Origin: Eremomyces bilateralis CBS 781.70
Taxonomy: Eukaryota
Length of the DNA stretch: 64,000 nt
Assembly: GCA_010015585.1 (NCBI GenBank)
Contig: ML975153.1
Reading direction: 5' to 3' (one strand)
Below, in pieces: positions 52,148 to 64,000 of this stretch (within the stretch, counting starts at the first letter, position 1; every line of letters starts with the position of its first letter). The notes under the pieces are model-generated. The model saw only the letters and a list, made by a program, of their open reading frames with translations. It was not told where the DNA came from and did no database searches. A program made the translations under genes and the position numbers.

Positions 52148-52891
52148 GACGGAGGAGGAAATAAGAAGAGTTCACGCGACAGGTGAGGTCATATGGTTTC
52201 CTCGGGTGGCGGAGTCGCAAGGCTGTGGATGAGGTACTTAGTACCTCAGGTACGGCAGACTTAAGGAATAATCCCTGGTAGTGTAGTATGCCTCGTGTAT
52301 TTGGTTCAGTCGTCAAAGAGGCTGCACAGAACTGTCAATAAAAAGGCAAAGAAAGATATTACAATCTACATGGAACTTACGAGGTTTGAAGAGTGCACTG
52401 TGTGATATTGTGAGCTTATGTGATGATCATCAAGCGCCTCCTCAAGCTGTCGTGGTGTGATGGGGAGGATGACGTCCGCGGGGCGGAGGGGTGACGCGGT
52501 GCACGGAGAGCTGCGCAAGCCGCCCATGCAGCTGATATTCCAGATCCGAGGTGTAGGGTGGACTTTGTACTATTGTCCTTGAGATGAACAATGATGGATC
52601 AGATACAATATCAGAAAGGTGTTGGCTTGGTGTGTTCAAAGTTCAAGCGTACTGGAGCTGCTTCAGCACACATTGAGGGGGAGCAGCTGTGATATAAGTG
52701 GCTTGGTCATTATCATCCATGGTACGGCACGGTAATAGCCAAAATCAAAAGAACCAGACATCCCATCCAGCTTCCAGCTTGGAAAATGGCTGCGAGCCTA
52801 GATGCACTCCTGCCCTCGGAATCCAGCCGAGCACCTATGAACCTGTGACAATTGCCAGAGGATTCGGAGCCTTGAACATTGATTCTCCCAT

Positions 52892-53818
52892 TCATCGGTA
52901 CGGCCTTGGACCGCCAGGTAATCCGCCTCTTTCGCGACCACTCCGTGGATTCGGAGGCAACCCTCCCCCTTGTGAACCATACGGACTATCCTGACTGCTG
53001 CCGTACGACTGATTCGAGCTTCCGGTCGATCTCGACGTTGACCCCTTATCATACCTCCCTCTCGGCTCACTCATAGTTGAACTCGGTCTATCATACGGAC
53101 TGCCCTGGTCATATGCCCCACCCCCTCCACCCCTTCCACCTCCAGCGGGACTCGCATTAGGCGGCGTCGGACTCGTGCTCCTCCCCCCGTATAACCTCGC
53201 CTTCAACCTCTGCTGCGCAGACGTCCCCCCCGTCGTCGGCGGCGACGCACTATCGCTCGCCCCCGAACTCTGATAGCTCCCAAACCGCTGACTCGGAAGC
53301 GGCCGCGACGACGCCTGCTGTGAATGATTCGGTGAATACGAATCGACGAGCCCCGCGCCTCCCATCGGCCGGCGCGCCTCGGGCGGATCGGTCTTCGCTC
53401 CTTGACGGTTCGGTGCGTTACGTCGCAGCGATGATGGCGGGGGTTGCTGTGCCTGCGCGCCCGAGGAGTCCCAGAGATCGCTCAGTCCGCCTCCGCTGCC
53501 TTTATACGATCCCTGCTGAGCCGGTGGTTGTCCCTGGTTGTTGTTCCCCCACATGTTGGCGCCGAGGTTGCTCACGAACGCCAGCTTCCCGCCTGCGGTT
53601 CCGGCCGGGGCTCCTGGCGGGGGCGCCTTGGGGTCGGGGGGGAGCCATGGGGGAAAGGGTCGGCCTTTCTCGGTGTAGTATGCGCGGAGGACGCGGCAGA
53701 TGTGGGTGTCATCTTCGGTGTCGCCGTCGGTTTCTTCGGAGAGGAGGGTCCGGCGGAGGGAGGAATAGCGGGATGCGGTGGCGGTAAGGAGGCCAGATAG
53801 GTAGGAAGAGGAAGCCAT
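52892..53818 (-). CDS. MSO1: Mso1-like Sec1-binding exocytosis protein
   Basis: N-terminal ETDGDTEDDTHICRVLRAYYTEKGRPFPPWL, followed by a Gly/Ser/Pro-rich tail. Confidence 0.8.
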   Translation of the reverse strand: MASSSYLSGLLTATASRYSSLRRTLLSEETDGDTEDDTHICRVLRAYYTEKGRPFPPWLPPDPKAPPPGAPAGTAGGKLAFVSNLGANMWGNNNQGQPPAQQGSYKGSGGGLSDLWDSSGAQAQQPPPSSLRRNAPNRQGAKTDPPEARRPMGGAGLVDSYSPNHSQQASSRPLPSQRFGSYQSSGASDSASPPTTGGTSAQQRLKARLYGGRSTSPTPPNASPAGGGRGGGGGAYDQGSPYDRPSSTMSEPRGRYDKGSTSRSTGSSNQSYGSSQDSPYGSQGGGLPPNPRSGRERGGLPGGPRPYR

Positions 53819-56021
53819 GCCCTTGAAGTGGTCGTGATGGGTGGTTTGAAGTCACGAGGGGGTTGCTCGATGTGGAGTCTCGTAGGACGAAGGGGTCCAG
53901 AGCGTTAGGGATCAATCAATATTGGCGGGTAGGTACAGCAGGTGTTTTAGTGGGTGTTTCAGTGATGATTTTGTCATTTGGAGAAGTTGGTAGTTTGAAA
54001 GGTCATGATATTAGGTTGAATGTGGAAGTGAATGAGGAGAGTGTATTATTGGGGATGGAGGGTTCGATATGATGCAGCATGTTGATCATCACTGAGCCAA
54101 GGCTGGAGACCATTGGGGACAACAATCATATCGTCAGCACAATCATCCACTGTCCATTGTTACATCAATCAAATTGTTACATACCTTGTCTCCGATCCAC
54201 CGACAAAAATTTCTTACCTTTTCAGATAGGATTTCCAGATGGGATGAAAATCATCCTACTTGACCTCGCTGGTCAACGAATATTGGCGGCAGTGAGCCCT
54301 TGAGACTTGAATCATTCCTACCCGTCCTCAACCACGAGTACTATCAAGGACTTGAGTATCAAGCACTTGCGTCTCGAGACCAGAATCACCGGATGTCAAT
54401 CCATCATCCAGCTTCAAAGCTGTTTGTCATATCCGGATACCAGACTCCGCGCATAAGAATCACCATTAGTTTGCTTCGCCATTTGCCATGCGCTCTATAG
54501 AGTCTCTCTTCATGTCTTCGTAAACCTACTTCCATTCCTTCGTGCTATCATTATCATTTTTCAGAATTCTGCAGTCTGGGTTTATACGCATCTTTTTAGT
54601 AACTAGGTATATTCATACTTCATGCATAAGAGCCTCGAGGGACGGTTTATCCTTCTGGTATACCACAGCACCATATAGGATTCCCCCCATGACGGGCAGT
54701 TCTGAATTTGGACAACATGAATCGCAGACCAAGCCGCCAATTTTGCTGGATTCAAATGAAACCGATGCCGGATTGCGGCGTTGTCGGACCAAATCACGCA
54801 GATGGGGCAAATCGTGGCATATTTAGCTGCCAATGACCGGAGCTATGGGCATTTCCATGCATATTTTATCTCTCACTGCAAGGGATGCGTCACGATATTC
54901 GTCCATCGCGATCGACCCTCTCAGGCTGGGGAGGTGTTGAATTATTAATTTCGATAGGAACGGGTAGCTGGTGAGAAGATTATATTAACGCCACACATGC
55001 TTTTGACCACGGGTCGCGAACCTTGCGGTCAAACATTAATTATATCGAAGAAATATACGTCATCACATTTTCTCGGCTCGTTGAGCAATCCCCAGAAGAA
55101 GAACGGTGGGCAAAACGGGAAGGCTTGCCGCAAGAGGTACAAGAAATCTTCCGATACATGCACAATCTGCTACATTAGCGCCGAGAATCACAAGAAGCTC
55201 ATTGGCAGATCCACCCGATGGAGAAAAGCATTTCACAAGGCCTTGGAGGAGCAATTTCTTCTTCCTGGGCGGACGACCTGCTGCCTTGTCCCCCTTATCC
55301 GTGGAGTGGCAGCTCTGGGGGTTCATTGAGGACTATTCATGACTCACAGATAGGACCGTCAGGCCATCTCCTTCGCATCCTTTGAAAACTAGATAGTATC
55401 TCCAGACATCGACTTAGGTTTCATATCTGCGAGTGGAGTATTTGTGGCGAGAACGGTTTTCGCGAGCAGCAAGGGAGTACATTGCCTTTTCAATGCGCGA
55501 TATCGAGCAATGGCCCCATTCATCACGGGACTACCCAACTTATCTGACATGATCCAAGTTGAGTCCTTGGGTAATTCAATCATGTATGTGTGAGCAGGAC
55601 CTATACGGCGGCACTATATCTGTTGCATTCGGACTAAGAAAGTGGGATCACGTGGGTGGGTGTCTTGGGTCGTTGTAACACTGAGTTTACTGACTGGACG
55701 GAGGTACTTCCGTAGAAGGCACGACATCATTGTATTGCGTTGTGTGGCAGGAGCGATAAATTGGATCACATGCGAACATCAGATCAGACCATGCGTGGAC
55801 AATTCGCTGACAAGCGACACGATAATAATGCGAAAACAGTGGTGGAAAACGATGGTTTACCTTTACTCCCCGTATTGTGATATGTTTCTTGCCATACAAC
55901 ACAACGACTAAGATACAGTCTTAGGCCACTTCAATGGCATGCTCAATTGAAATGTTTCCCACCACCTTTGCATTGTCCGAATAACCGTGTCCGTGGTACT
56001 GGTGATGTCGAACCTCACCAT

Positions 56022-57433
56022 CTAGCCGTGGCTGTGACCGCCTGCACCTGCAAAATGTCCATCAGAGCTTTCCGAAGCGCCTCCAGCAGCGGGTTCTGCG
56101 TCGGTCCCTGCACCGGTGGATGAGCCAGTCTCTGCGCCGGTGGCCGAACCGGTGCTGTTGGACGAGCTGCCTGAGCTTTCTCCACCAGCGCTGCCGAGAA
56201 GTCCACCCAAGCCGGAGCCTCCGCTCAAGCTGCCGCTCAAACCAGAGCCAGTAGAGGAGTCGGTACCGGAGGAAGAGCCGCTGGAGCCGGTGCCGGTGGA
56301 GGAAGAGCCGCCTGACCCTGGGCCGGATATGTCAGTTGAGAGCTCCATGGAAAGTGTAGAATCATGTACCACCGCCGCCAGAGGCACCACCGAGGCCACC
56401 GCTAGGTCCTCCAAGGCTATCGCCAGACAGAAGGCCGCTAAGTCCTGCTTAGGGATTAGTTTATTAGTAAGATATAAGGTGCGGCGGGTTTACTTACCAC
56501 CACTCTCATCAATATCGCTACCGACTCCTTCGAGGAGCTCGTTGAGGCCTACTAATAATTAGGCTTACGCTGAATGTAGAAAACGCTCGGTTTGACTTAC
56601 CGCTGCCAACTTCGCCGAGGAGTCCACTCCCATCGGTATCGCTATCGAGTCCTCCGAGGAGCTCGTTCAGACCTACTAATAATTAGACTTACGCTGAATG
56701 TAGAAAACGCTCGGTTTAACTTACCGCTGCCAATTCCGCCGAGGAGTCCACTGAGTTGACGCTTAACAGTCGGGTGGGAGTCGGAAACCATGCGAGCAAT
56801 GAGCCCATCAATAACATCTTCATCGCGAGCACCATGGGAGTGGCTGTGTCCATCTCCACTCGCGCCGCTGGAGCTCCCTTCAGAAACAGAGGGGTCGGTG
56901 GCCGGCTCGAGGGTAGTCTCGCTAGATGCGCTCCCGGATTCTCCGCCGCTGGCGCCACCTAGCAAGCCGGCAAGCCCAGAGCTATCGGATGCGTCTCCGC
57001 CAGCATCGCCAGCACCGCCGGCCTCGCCTCCATCGGCACCACCGAGCACGCCCCCAAGGTTGCCCGCACCCCCTTTGCCTTTGCCCGTGCCCAAAATCGC
57101 ACCGAGGCCAGGGATTCCGCTGGGACGAGCACCGCCTTTTCCTTTCCCGAAAATTGCACCAAGGTCGGGGGTTCCGCTGGATCTAGACCCCCCGGGTCCA
57201 CCAAAGCCTGTGGAAGAGGTTGGGCTTCCACCAGGAGGGTCGCCAGAATTGCTCCCATGGTCGTGGCCATTCCCTTTACCCTTGCCCTTACCCAAGAGTC
57301 CAGCTAATCCACCTCGTCCACCGGCACCGCCGGGAGAGGCAATTCCTGAGGGAAGGGTTTGATGCTGAGCAAGCGGAGCACCCTCGGCAACAGCCGCGGC
57401 TAGCACGGTGACAAGAAGAATAAAGTTAGTCAT
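56022..57433 (-). CDS. Secreted Gly/Ser-rich repetitive protein with a KR site and His-rich segment ends; ~5 exons
   Basis: Signal peptide MTNFILLVTVLAAAVAEG. Introns 56724-56673, 56600-56549, 56497-56445 and ~56369-56319 keep frame. Repeated L-x-(G/E)-LLGG units. Ends GHSHG*. Confidence 0.8.
56531..56752 (-). repeat. 124-bp-period tandem duplication of an exon plus intron
   Basis: Introns 56549-56600 and 56673-56724 are identical at 50/52 positions, and the flanking exon sequence is also duplicated. Confidence 0.92.
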
Positions 57434-59910
57434 GATGGCAGACTCGCGCCAGTGACGGAAACAGAAGTTAAGACTGAAAAGTGTCCAGCACAGTCAAAGA
57501 TAGCTAGTGAATGAAGGGGAGTGACTAGAGTGGGGGGAAGAGGGCAGTTGGTGTTGTAGAACCTCTCTCGGAGCGTCCTTTGCGGCTGTTCTTATAGAAG
57601 CAAGAGGAGATACCCCTTGTGTCTCCGTTCGGGATCATGCTCGAGAATTATTTGATCAAATGGGGAAGTAATGGTGCGACGAAAACGAAGCAATCTTTCT
57701 CTCACTGGACAAGTGGACATCATGGTTAGAACCTTGAGGGTGACTATCTTGCGCTTCGCGTGTAAACAACAAGCGGGCCACCCATCGTAGGGACCATAGG
57801 AGGTTAAACATTCTCAAAGGGAAACATAGGGGCACTCCTAGTATGTCAGCTGGATGTCCTAGGACCCAAAGGGGCACAGCAGATATGCGACGGAAGTTAA
57901 GCCCTCTATCACGCCTTGTCAAGGCGAGGCCATTTCATGTGACTCTTGCATCAGCCGGGAAACGGCATAACCGGATTCTCCTAGGCGGAATGTCTAGTGG
58001 TCGGCTTGCACATGTTGACGCTGTGTCCAGTCGATCGTCCTGTTTTTCGTAGAGTGATTTTGTGGTCAATAATCTAGGCAGGGATCATATGAAACCGATG
58101 AACCCCCAGATATGGATGGGACTCCATAATTCTTCTACCTCTCGACACCATACTCAACAAACAGTAGAGAAGCATTGCGAGAAATTGAGGGACTTCTCCA
58201 GAGGAAATATGAACAGTGACGCAAGTTTCCATTACCTGCCTGCTAACATGCTGGTGATCCCTTTTTTGAGTTGCGAGTTGCAAGCCACTAGCCAGCACAT
58301 GTTGGGGGAAAGGTCCTGTAACGCAGTATGCAGAGTCAAGTGCAAAACTGAGAGTTGAAGTTTGAGATACATATAAATTTGAAACGTATTCCGTAGTTCT
58401 GTTGCTGTTCAACTCCTGAACGTGTGATACAAAGTACACTAAGTCCATTTGGGTTAGACCCAGCTTCGGCCAACCTCGTCTTGGTCTCACATCCCGTCGG
58501 TTCGGAACGGACTTTACGGTTTGGACTTCCTGAATTCCTAATTATGTCGTTCGTTGCCCTATCTCGCAAATGCACAGCCGAAGTGTTGGTAAGGTTTCTT
58601 TGGGAATCTCAGGGAGAGGTATCATCGATTAGCAGGAGCAACGCATGGTCTCAAAGCGCGAACACATTCCCTTTTCCTCGCTTGGTTCACGTTTCATCCT
58701 CCGCAGAACTAAGTATCAAAGTACATAAGGCCTCGGCGAAGATGATGTTGAGGTCGGCATGGTATTACAGCTATTCATTGCTGTCATTGTTCTGCGATCG
58801 GTCCAGTCGTGAATTTATTAGGGTTCGAAGTCGTTCTTATTGTCGACAAGCGATCATGTCGTGATCCGCGACCACTATAATCGAACATCAACCCTCCAGC
58901 TGATGCAATGCACTATAACATCACGCCACTATTAATCCTACTCGAATCACCGCCACCTAAAAATCCCCAGATGATCTGAGGCTCCAGGTCTCTCTGCCGT
59001 TGCCTATTGGCATTCATGCAGATGGGTCTCCTGGGCTGCTGCCCGTCTTTGTTCTGGCGACGAATTGTAAGGACTGAGGTGAAGCTTAAGGCTAGAGCAT
59101 TGGCTTGTTCGCTTGGACCAGTCATATCGCCCATCACCTATTAATTATCTCTCGCCCGTGAATGGTCAGCGCACTCATCTCATCAACGCCAATGTCACTC
59201 CGTGGCATGCCTCAACCAGTCAACCTTCGTCACGAGCACTCATGACGGGAGTTGTGGAGAATGCCCCCCAGATGATTCGAGGCTCTGGTCACCTTAACGG
59301 TGTCCCGCTGTTACTACAGATGCCTTTCGAAAATCACCAATCAGGAAATCACACCCCCCAATTCAGGGAACACCACCGGTCTACCACCCAGCAATGGTAA
59401 TTTTGGTATCATGCATTCAGGAAACTCTACCGGTAGAATTATGCTCCTACTGCAACTCAATTCCGTGTCTCTAGATCGCTCGTTCCCAACCAAGCAGTAT
59501 AAATATTTCTATAAACCTCCCCATAGCTTTTGCAACCATCCTGTTTCCTCCTAGCATAGTGTTAAAATCATTTAACACTTAAGTTACTGGAATTACTATT
59601 CTTCTTGAAAATATCCCTTCATGCTTGGTATCTAGCACCTATCCACTGGCAACTACAGGTAAGTACCGCCCAGATTGTTAATCTGATTCATGTTCGCTAG
59701 TTCATGTTCCCAGTATATGACTATACATTGTTTCCCGAGTCTCCCAACTCACTGCTTCTTTTTGTTATTGATGTACAATACTTACTAGATGTGTGCCACG
59801 CAGTCCATCGTCCCTAGGCGCCTATACAGTTATTACGACGACATACAATTATAGTTTCGACTTTGATCTCAGGACCCGATCTAATCTTTACCTTTAATTT
59901 TCGACTGCAG

Positions 59911-60569
59911 TTGCACCGGAGCTTCCTCCAGTGTCTGGCAGCGTCGCGAGCTTTGCTGTTGGTTTAAATATCATTATGGGCGCACACCAGGAACGACAGC
60001 AAGCTCCGCTTGTCGGGTACTCGTCCAAACTGGGGTCCGGGACCCAGGCGGATGGGGCTGGCCCGCACGCCACGCCTATCATCCCGGGCCTAGTGCCCGG
60101 TCCGATAGGACAAGCCGTTGGATCGGCGTCAGGGGCCCTCCCCATCAACGTGCCAGCTTCCGAAAATTCGGCCATGTTCCAACCCCGGCACGATCGCACC
60201 ATCATTGGAATCGAGCTCATTACTGAGGCAGCGAAGATTCAGCATGAGGTCGATAAGCTGAGCGACACAATCATGGATGCGCCTAGCCAGGGCCCGCAGA
60301 GCACGTCGGAGAACGGCTCTATTTCTGTGATAGACGCCAGCCTTGCCGGTATTGGGCAGTCGTTCAATGGTACAAGCGGGCTATCTTCACGGCATTCGTC
60401 GCTGCAGATCTCGTCCGACGAAAGCGAAACCTCGAGTAACAGTTCGCGCGGTCGCAGGGCTCGCCATTGTGCAGCTCCAAGTGAGTCCTCCTAATAGGGA
60501 TATTGAGGAAATATAAAGCTAACAGGAGCTCAGCTACACGGGCATACACCGCACTGGATGAGAACGTGA
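59911..60569 (+). other. Possible exons of an unidentified gene or pseudogene
   Basis: 187-aa open frame ending at a canonical-looking intron (GTGAGT 60481...GCTAACAG 60525). No recognisable domain. Confidence 0.3.
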
Positions 60570-61165
60570 TTTTGCAACGATTCCTGCATCCGGAAGAAAA
60601 TGAGGGATTGCGGCTGCTTTCACGCAGCACCCTTTGAGTCTCGCTGCCACATCTGGTGTTGGCAGCGAAGAAGTTTCCTCAATTGATAATAGACCACCGC
60701 TGAAAACGTGTCGCCGTGACGCGTTATCATTGAGCCTGCCCGTGCGTTTTACGAGGTTGGATTCGTGAAGGCCTAGCATGGCCCTTTCGCCTCCAAGTAT
60801 TCCGTATCACCGGCGGTATTACTTTTCATTCCTTTCAGGCGTGAGAGAATTAGTGCCTTGTAGCCTTATGGCCTGACGATCTCAACCAGAGCAGTGTGTT
60901 AAGAAAAGGGAATTACCACGCCTGTGTATCTTATGGCTGGTGAGATTTTCCCACCCGGTTTTGAGAATCTCCAACCCGCGCTAGTATGGTGGAAATTAAT
61001 CGTTAAACTAGACCTAGCGCGTATTTTCCTTCGTCTTCGACTATATTATCAGGCCTATCTGTTATGGTCCCAGGCCTGCGGCCAGTTCCCTTGGTTGTGG
61101 CGGAAGACGTGGCTGGTGGATTATATCAGTGAAGCAAACAAACATGCAGATGGTAACACAGCATA

Positions 61166-61272
61166 ATTCTTATAACGAGGGATTTTGGTGGGTTTTGGCG
61201 AAAGTTCGGCAAAATCTATTCCTATAACCCGATATTCCTATACAGGGGTATTCTTATAACGAGGTCTAACTG
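61166..61272 (-). mobile_element. Orphan terminus of a pogo/Tc1-mariner-type element or MITE
   Basis: Reverse strand reads TA|CAGTTAGACCTCGTTATAAG, with 16-bp-period subterminal repeats and a further copy of attcttataacgagg at 61166. Confidence 0.6.
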
Positions 61273-62016
61273 TATCTATCTGTACAGTCTATTATCGACT
61301 ATCGTACATACGGTATCAGAGCATTTCTACGGTCCCACATGCCCCCCCAAAGTTTGGGCTGGTTGGATGGACTGGAGCAGGGCTCTGGCGTTGTGAGCGC
61401 GTGCAGGGTCTTGGCACAATGCGAGGGAGTTTTGGGCTCTGCCGGTATCAAAACGAGGGCGTTTCGCCTAGGTGGAAAGATCGCAGAAAACGGCGTCAGA
61501 AACCTCCGTTTTTGGAGGTCATTCTGTAGCACAAAACGTTACTCCGTATATACAACTCGCTTTCTCTCGTGATACCTCGCAGTACATTGCATTAAGTCGT
61601 AGGTCATCACAATACATTTTATCAAATCGCAAGTTGTCGCATTACATCACAAATTGTCGCATTATTTCGCATTAGTTCATTTTACTCTATCTGCTCCTGC
61701 ATAATTTCGTACCATTTTTTTCAAGTTCATATTAGTTCGCATCGGGTCACATAATCTAGCTTTCGTCACTCTTAGCTGGTACTAGCAGTGCCTTGCTGTA
61801 CACATTAGGGCATTGGAGAGGAGAGTCGCTATCTCGCGCACAAAAGGTGCCGGGAGATTTCTTCTCTCTCTCTCTCTTTAGTTTAGATTAATGGAACTTG
61901 GTAATCGCAGATCTTGCGCATCCAGACCGTGCCACTATCTTCTTTCTACTGACATCGCTGCCTCTTGCGCGCACCAAGTCCTTTACTAGCATTTGGAGCC
62001 GCCTCTGCTGCAGCGC

Positions 62017-62720
62017 TCATAGGGCGCTCTCTGGGCACATCCTCAGACAAAAAAGAGCATTTTGAGCATCGACTTGGGCAAATCTTTCAGCGTAGAAAGC
62101 TTCCATATCTCCAAAGTGATAATTCCATGCCATTGTTAGAGTATAGGAAGCATACACTCCGCTTATGGCGAGAGCCATAAGCTGTGCTTCGATCAGTTCT
62201 GTCGGCTGCGATAGACATTTATGCGCACTGGGATTAAGTGATCGGGGGTGATTATGATGCTTGTGTAGAGCCTCCAGCTTCCACTGGTCGTCGTTTTCGT
62301 TCTTAAATATGACAAGCCTAAAAGTACACCCTATTAAGCGCGTGCTTGTGCTCATAATCCTTACCCTTTTCTACGAGTTTCCGGATCGATCCCAGTAGTA
62401 GTAATATCATATCTTAACATTAGAATGGTGAGGTCTGCCCCAGTTGAGTAGGAAACCGTAGCCATGCTACATGCCATGGCTCCTAAGAGCATTGTAGGCT
62501 TCTTCATAGGACGCGTAAAAACAATTTAGAGGAGGGGCAATATTCTCTATGTTGAGGTCTGTGAGAGAAGAAACAGATTGAACAATGAAGTTGTCCTTAG
62601 GCGAAGACTAAGGGAAATGCGCGCTAGGCCTAGTTGAACGATTATTAATTTCTACCATTACTAGCGGGGAGGAGAAATTTCAAAAACGGGAGGAGAAATC
62701 TCACCAGCTTTTCCCCACCG
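62017..62720 (-). mobile_element. Degenerate Mutator-like (MULE) element, 5' part with FAR1-like zinc ribbon
   Basis: FYASYEEAYNAL..HG..HGYGF, then STSTRLIGCTF...WKL....HHNH, with stops. Duplicated gggaggagaaat at ~62667-62699. Confidence 0.65.
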
Positions 62721-63666
62721 GGGTTTTTCATCCTCCATAGTTGCGATACGATCTGCATGGTCACTAGATAGGACCGTATCAGACGTTAAATAATAATAAT
62801 AAGAAGAATCAATTTAACGTACTATCTGGATCCCTTTCGGGTCAACGAATCCGGCGTTGCGGAGAGACTAAATTCCCAGGCGTACTACCAAGGGGTTGGA
62901 CCAAGATGAAGCCAATGTGCAGCCAGGTCTCCTCTAGGAACGGAATACCCTGCGGGGCTTAAGACCAAGGCTTTGCCTGCTATTTAACGCTGAGATACTC
63001 CTCGGAGGATGACATTTCATTCGGACAAATCATCACAAGTTCTACCTTTAGTCTGCGATGCAACATGGGCTGGTTCACCCTCAGAGGCGCAAAAGCTTCC
63101 CCCTCCAAGTGAAGCTTGAGAGCAGCCAAAACACAAGCAATTCGATTCGCGGCAAAGATGGAGGAGCTGAAGGGCCAAACGGAAGTCCTCCAAGATAAGG
63201 CGGATAAGCATCTGGAGAGGGAGACCCGATTCAAGGAGCTGCACTGACAACAGTGTCAATTGGGAGAGGTCTGCTTCTTCGACTCCGCGTATTTGATTTC
63301 TAGAAGGACGGGGATACCGGGGAACCGATGTTAAGGGGGCTAGTAGATGACGCGGCAAGTATTAGAACTGTGAATAGTATTAGTAGTTTATGTAGTGTGT
63401 GGTCAGGCCAACGTATCATCTTTACTCAAATCAACACTTAGTGACACGCTCCATTAAAGGTGCACAATAGACCAGACTCCTTCAACCCATCCAGTGCTGA
63501 GTATCCAGATGCGCCATATGCCTCCGAATTTTACATGGAGCTCTTGTTCCTGGCCGAAATGTGTGCAGTAAAATACGAACCATCCCGATCCAGCCATCCA
63601 AGTCGTCCAAATCATAATCTTATGTTCACGTTATGTTACCAATCGCTCAACCGAAAGCTGGAGGCT

Positions 63667-64000
63667 CTATCGTCTCCAGGAATCATACAGTGCCATCAAC
63701 TTTTGTCTCGCCGCCTTCCCCCCTTTCTGGATCCTCGGCACCATATCCTCCGCACTGATCAGCTCGCTCACGTCCCGCCCTCCCATCACGCTCCTCTCCA
63801 CCCAACCGCAACGCGCCTTCATAGTCTTATTCGCCCCCGCCTCCAACAGCAACCTCACCGCCTCCACATGCCCCCCCGCCGTCGCTGCATGCAGCGGCGT
63901 CCCAAACGGCCCACCCGGTCTCTCTGGGCTCGGGTCAGCCCCCGCCTCGAGCAGCTTCTGAATCGACGGAAGATGCGCGGCGCGCGAGGCGGCTTGCAGC
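63667..64000 (-). CDS. Ankyrin-repeat protein, 3' end (5' part lies outside the window)
   Basis: LQAASRAAHLPSIQKLLEAGADP...GTPLHAATAGGHVEAVRLLLEAGAN. Confidence 0.85.
   Translation of the reverse strand, partial: LQAASRAAHLPSIQKLLEAGADPSPERPGGPFGTPLHAATAGGHVEAVRLLLEAGANKTMKARCGWVERSVMGGRDVSELISAEDMVPRIQKGGKAARQKLMALYDSWRR

Noticed and set aside
56673..56724. Internal GTAAGT inside the duplicated intron, suggesting a nested intron (stwintron)
   Set aside because: The sub-introns would be ~31 and ~20 nt, too short. The motif abuts the branch site of an ordinary 52-nt intron.
62980..63358. Short ORFs and a coiled-coil-like fragment (MEELKGQTEVLQDKADK)
   Set aside because: Too short and interrupted to support a gene call.

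Overview
Eukaryotic genomic DNA from a filamentous ascomycete (Pezizomycotina-like), with short GT-AG introns and CTRAY branch sites. A gene-dense core (~8.5-54 kb) carries MET17/cysD, the complex I 75-kDa subunit, NCE101, ATG8, HEM13, two convergent FAD-linked oxidases, RRP36, an FCP1-like HAD protein, an MMTAG2-like protein, MED6, SNRNP27, glucosidase I (CWH41), byr4/BFA1, XRCC4, an Spt23/Mga2-like transcription factor, GYP7 and MSO1. The left flank (1-8.4 kb) has a hydrophobin, a PTH11-like membrane protein, a full-length but inactivated Fot1/pogo transposon with intact TIRs, and other TE relics. The right flank (54-64 kb) has a secreted Gly/Ser-rich protein with His-rich segment ends, pogo and MULE relics, and the 3' end of an ankyrin-repeat gene. 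The most notable observations are: an Spt23/Mga2 homolog with no ankyrin repeats or membrane anchor; a putative kexin-processed secreted precursor with a recent exon+intron duplication; a probable transposon excision footprint matching the nearby element's end; an 8-nt micro-exon; and a recurrent C-rich to G-rich sense-strand switch at gene 3' ends. All calls come from manual reading and motif recall, with no database searches. No rRNA, tRNA or CRISPR was seen, and I cannot demonstrate a new multi-gene system.
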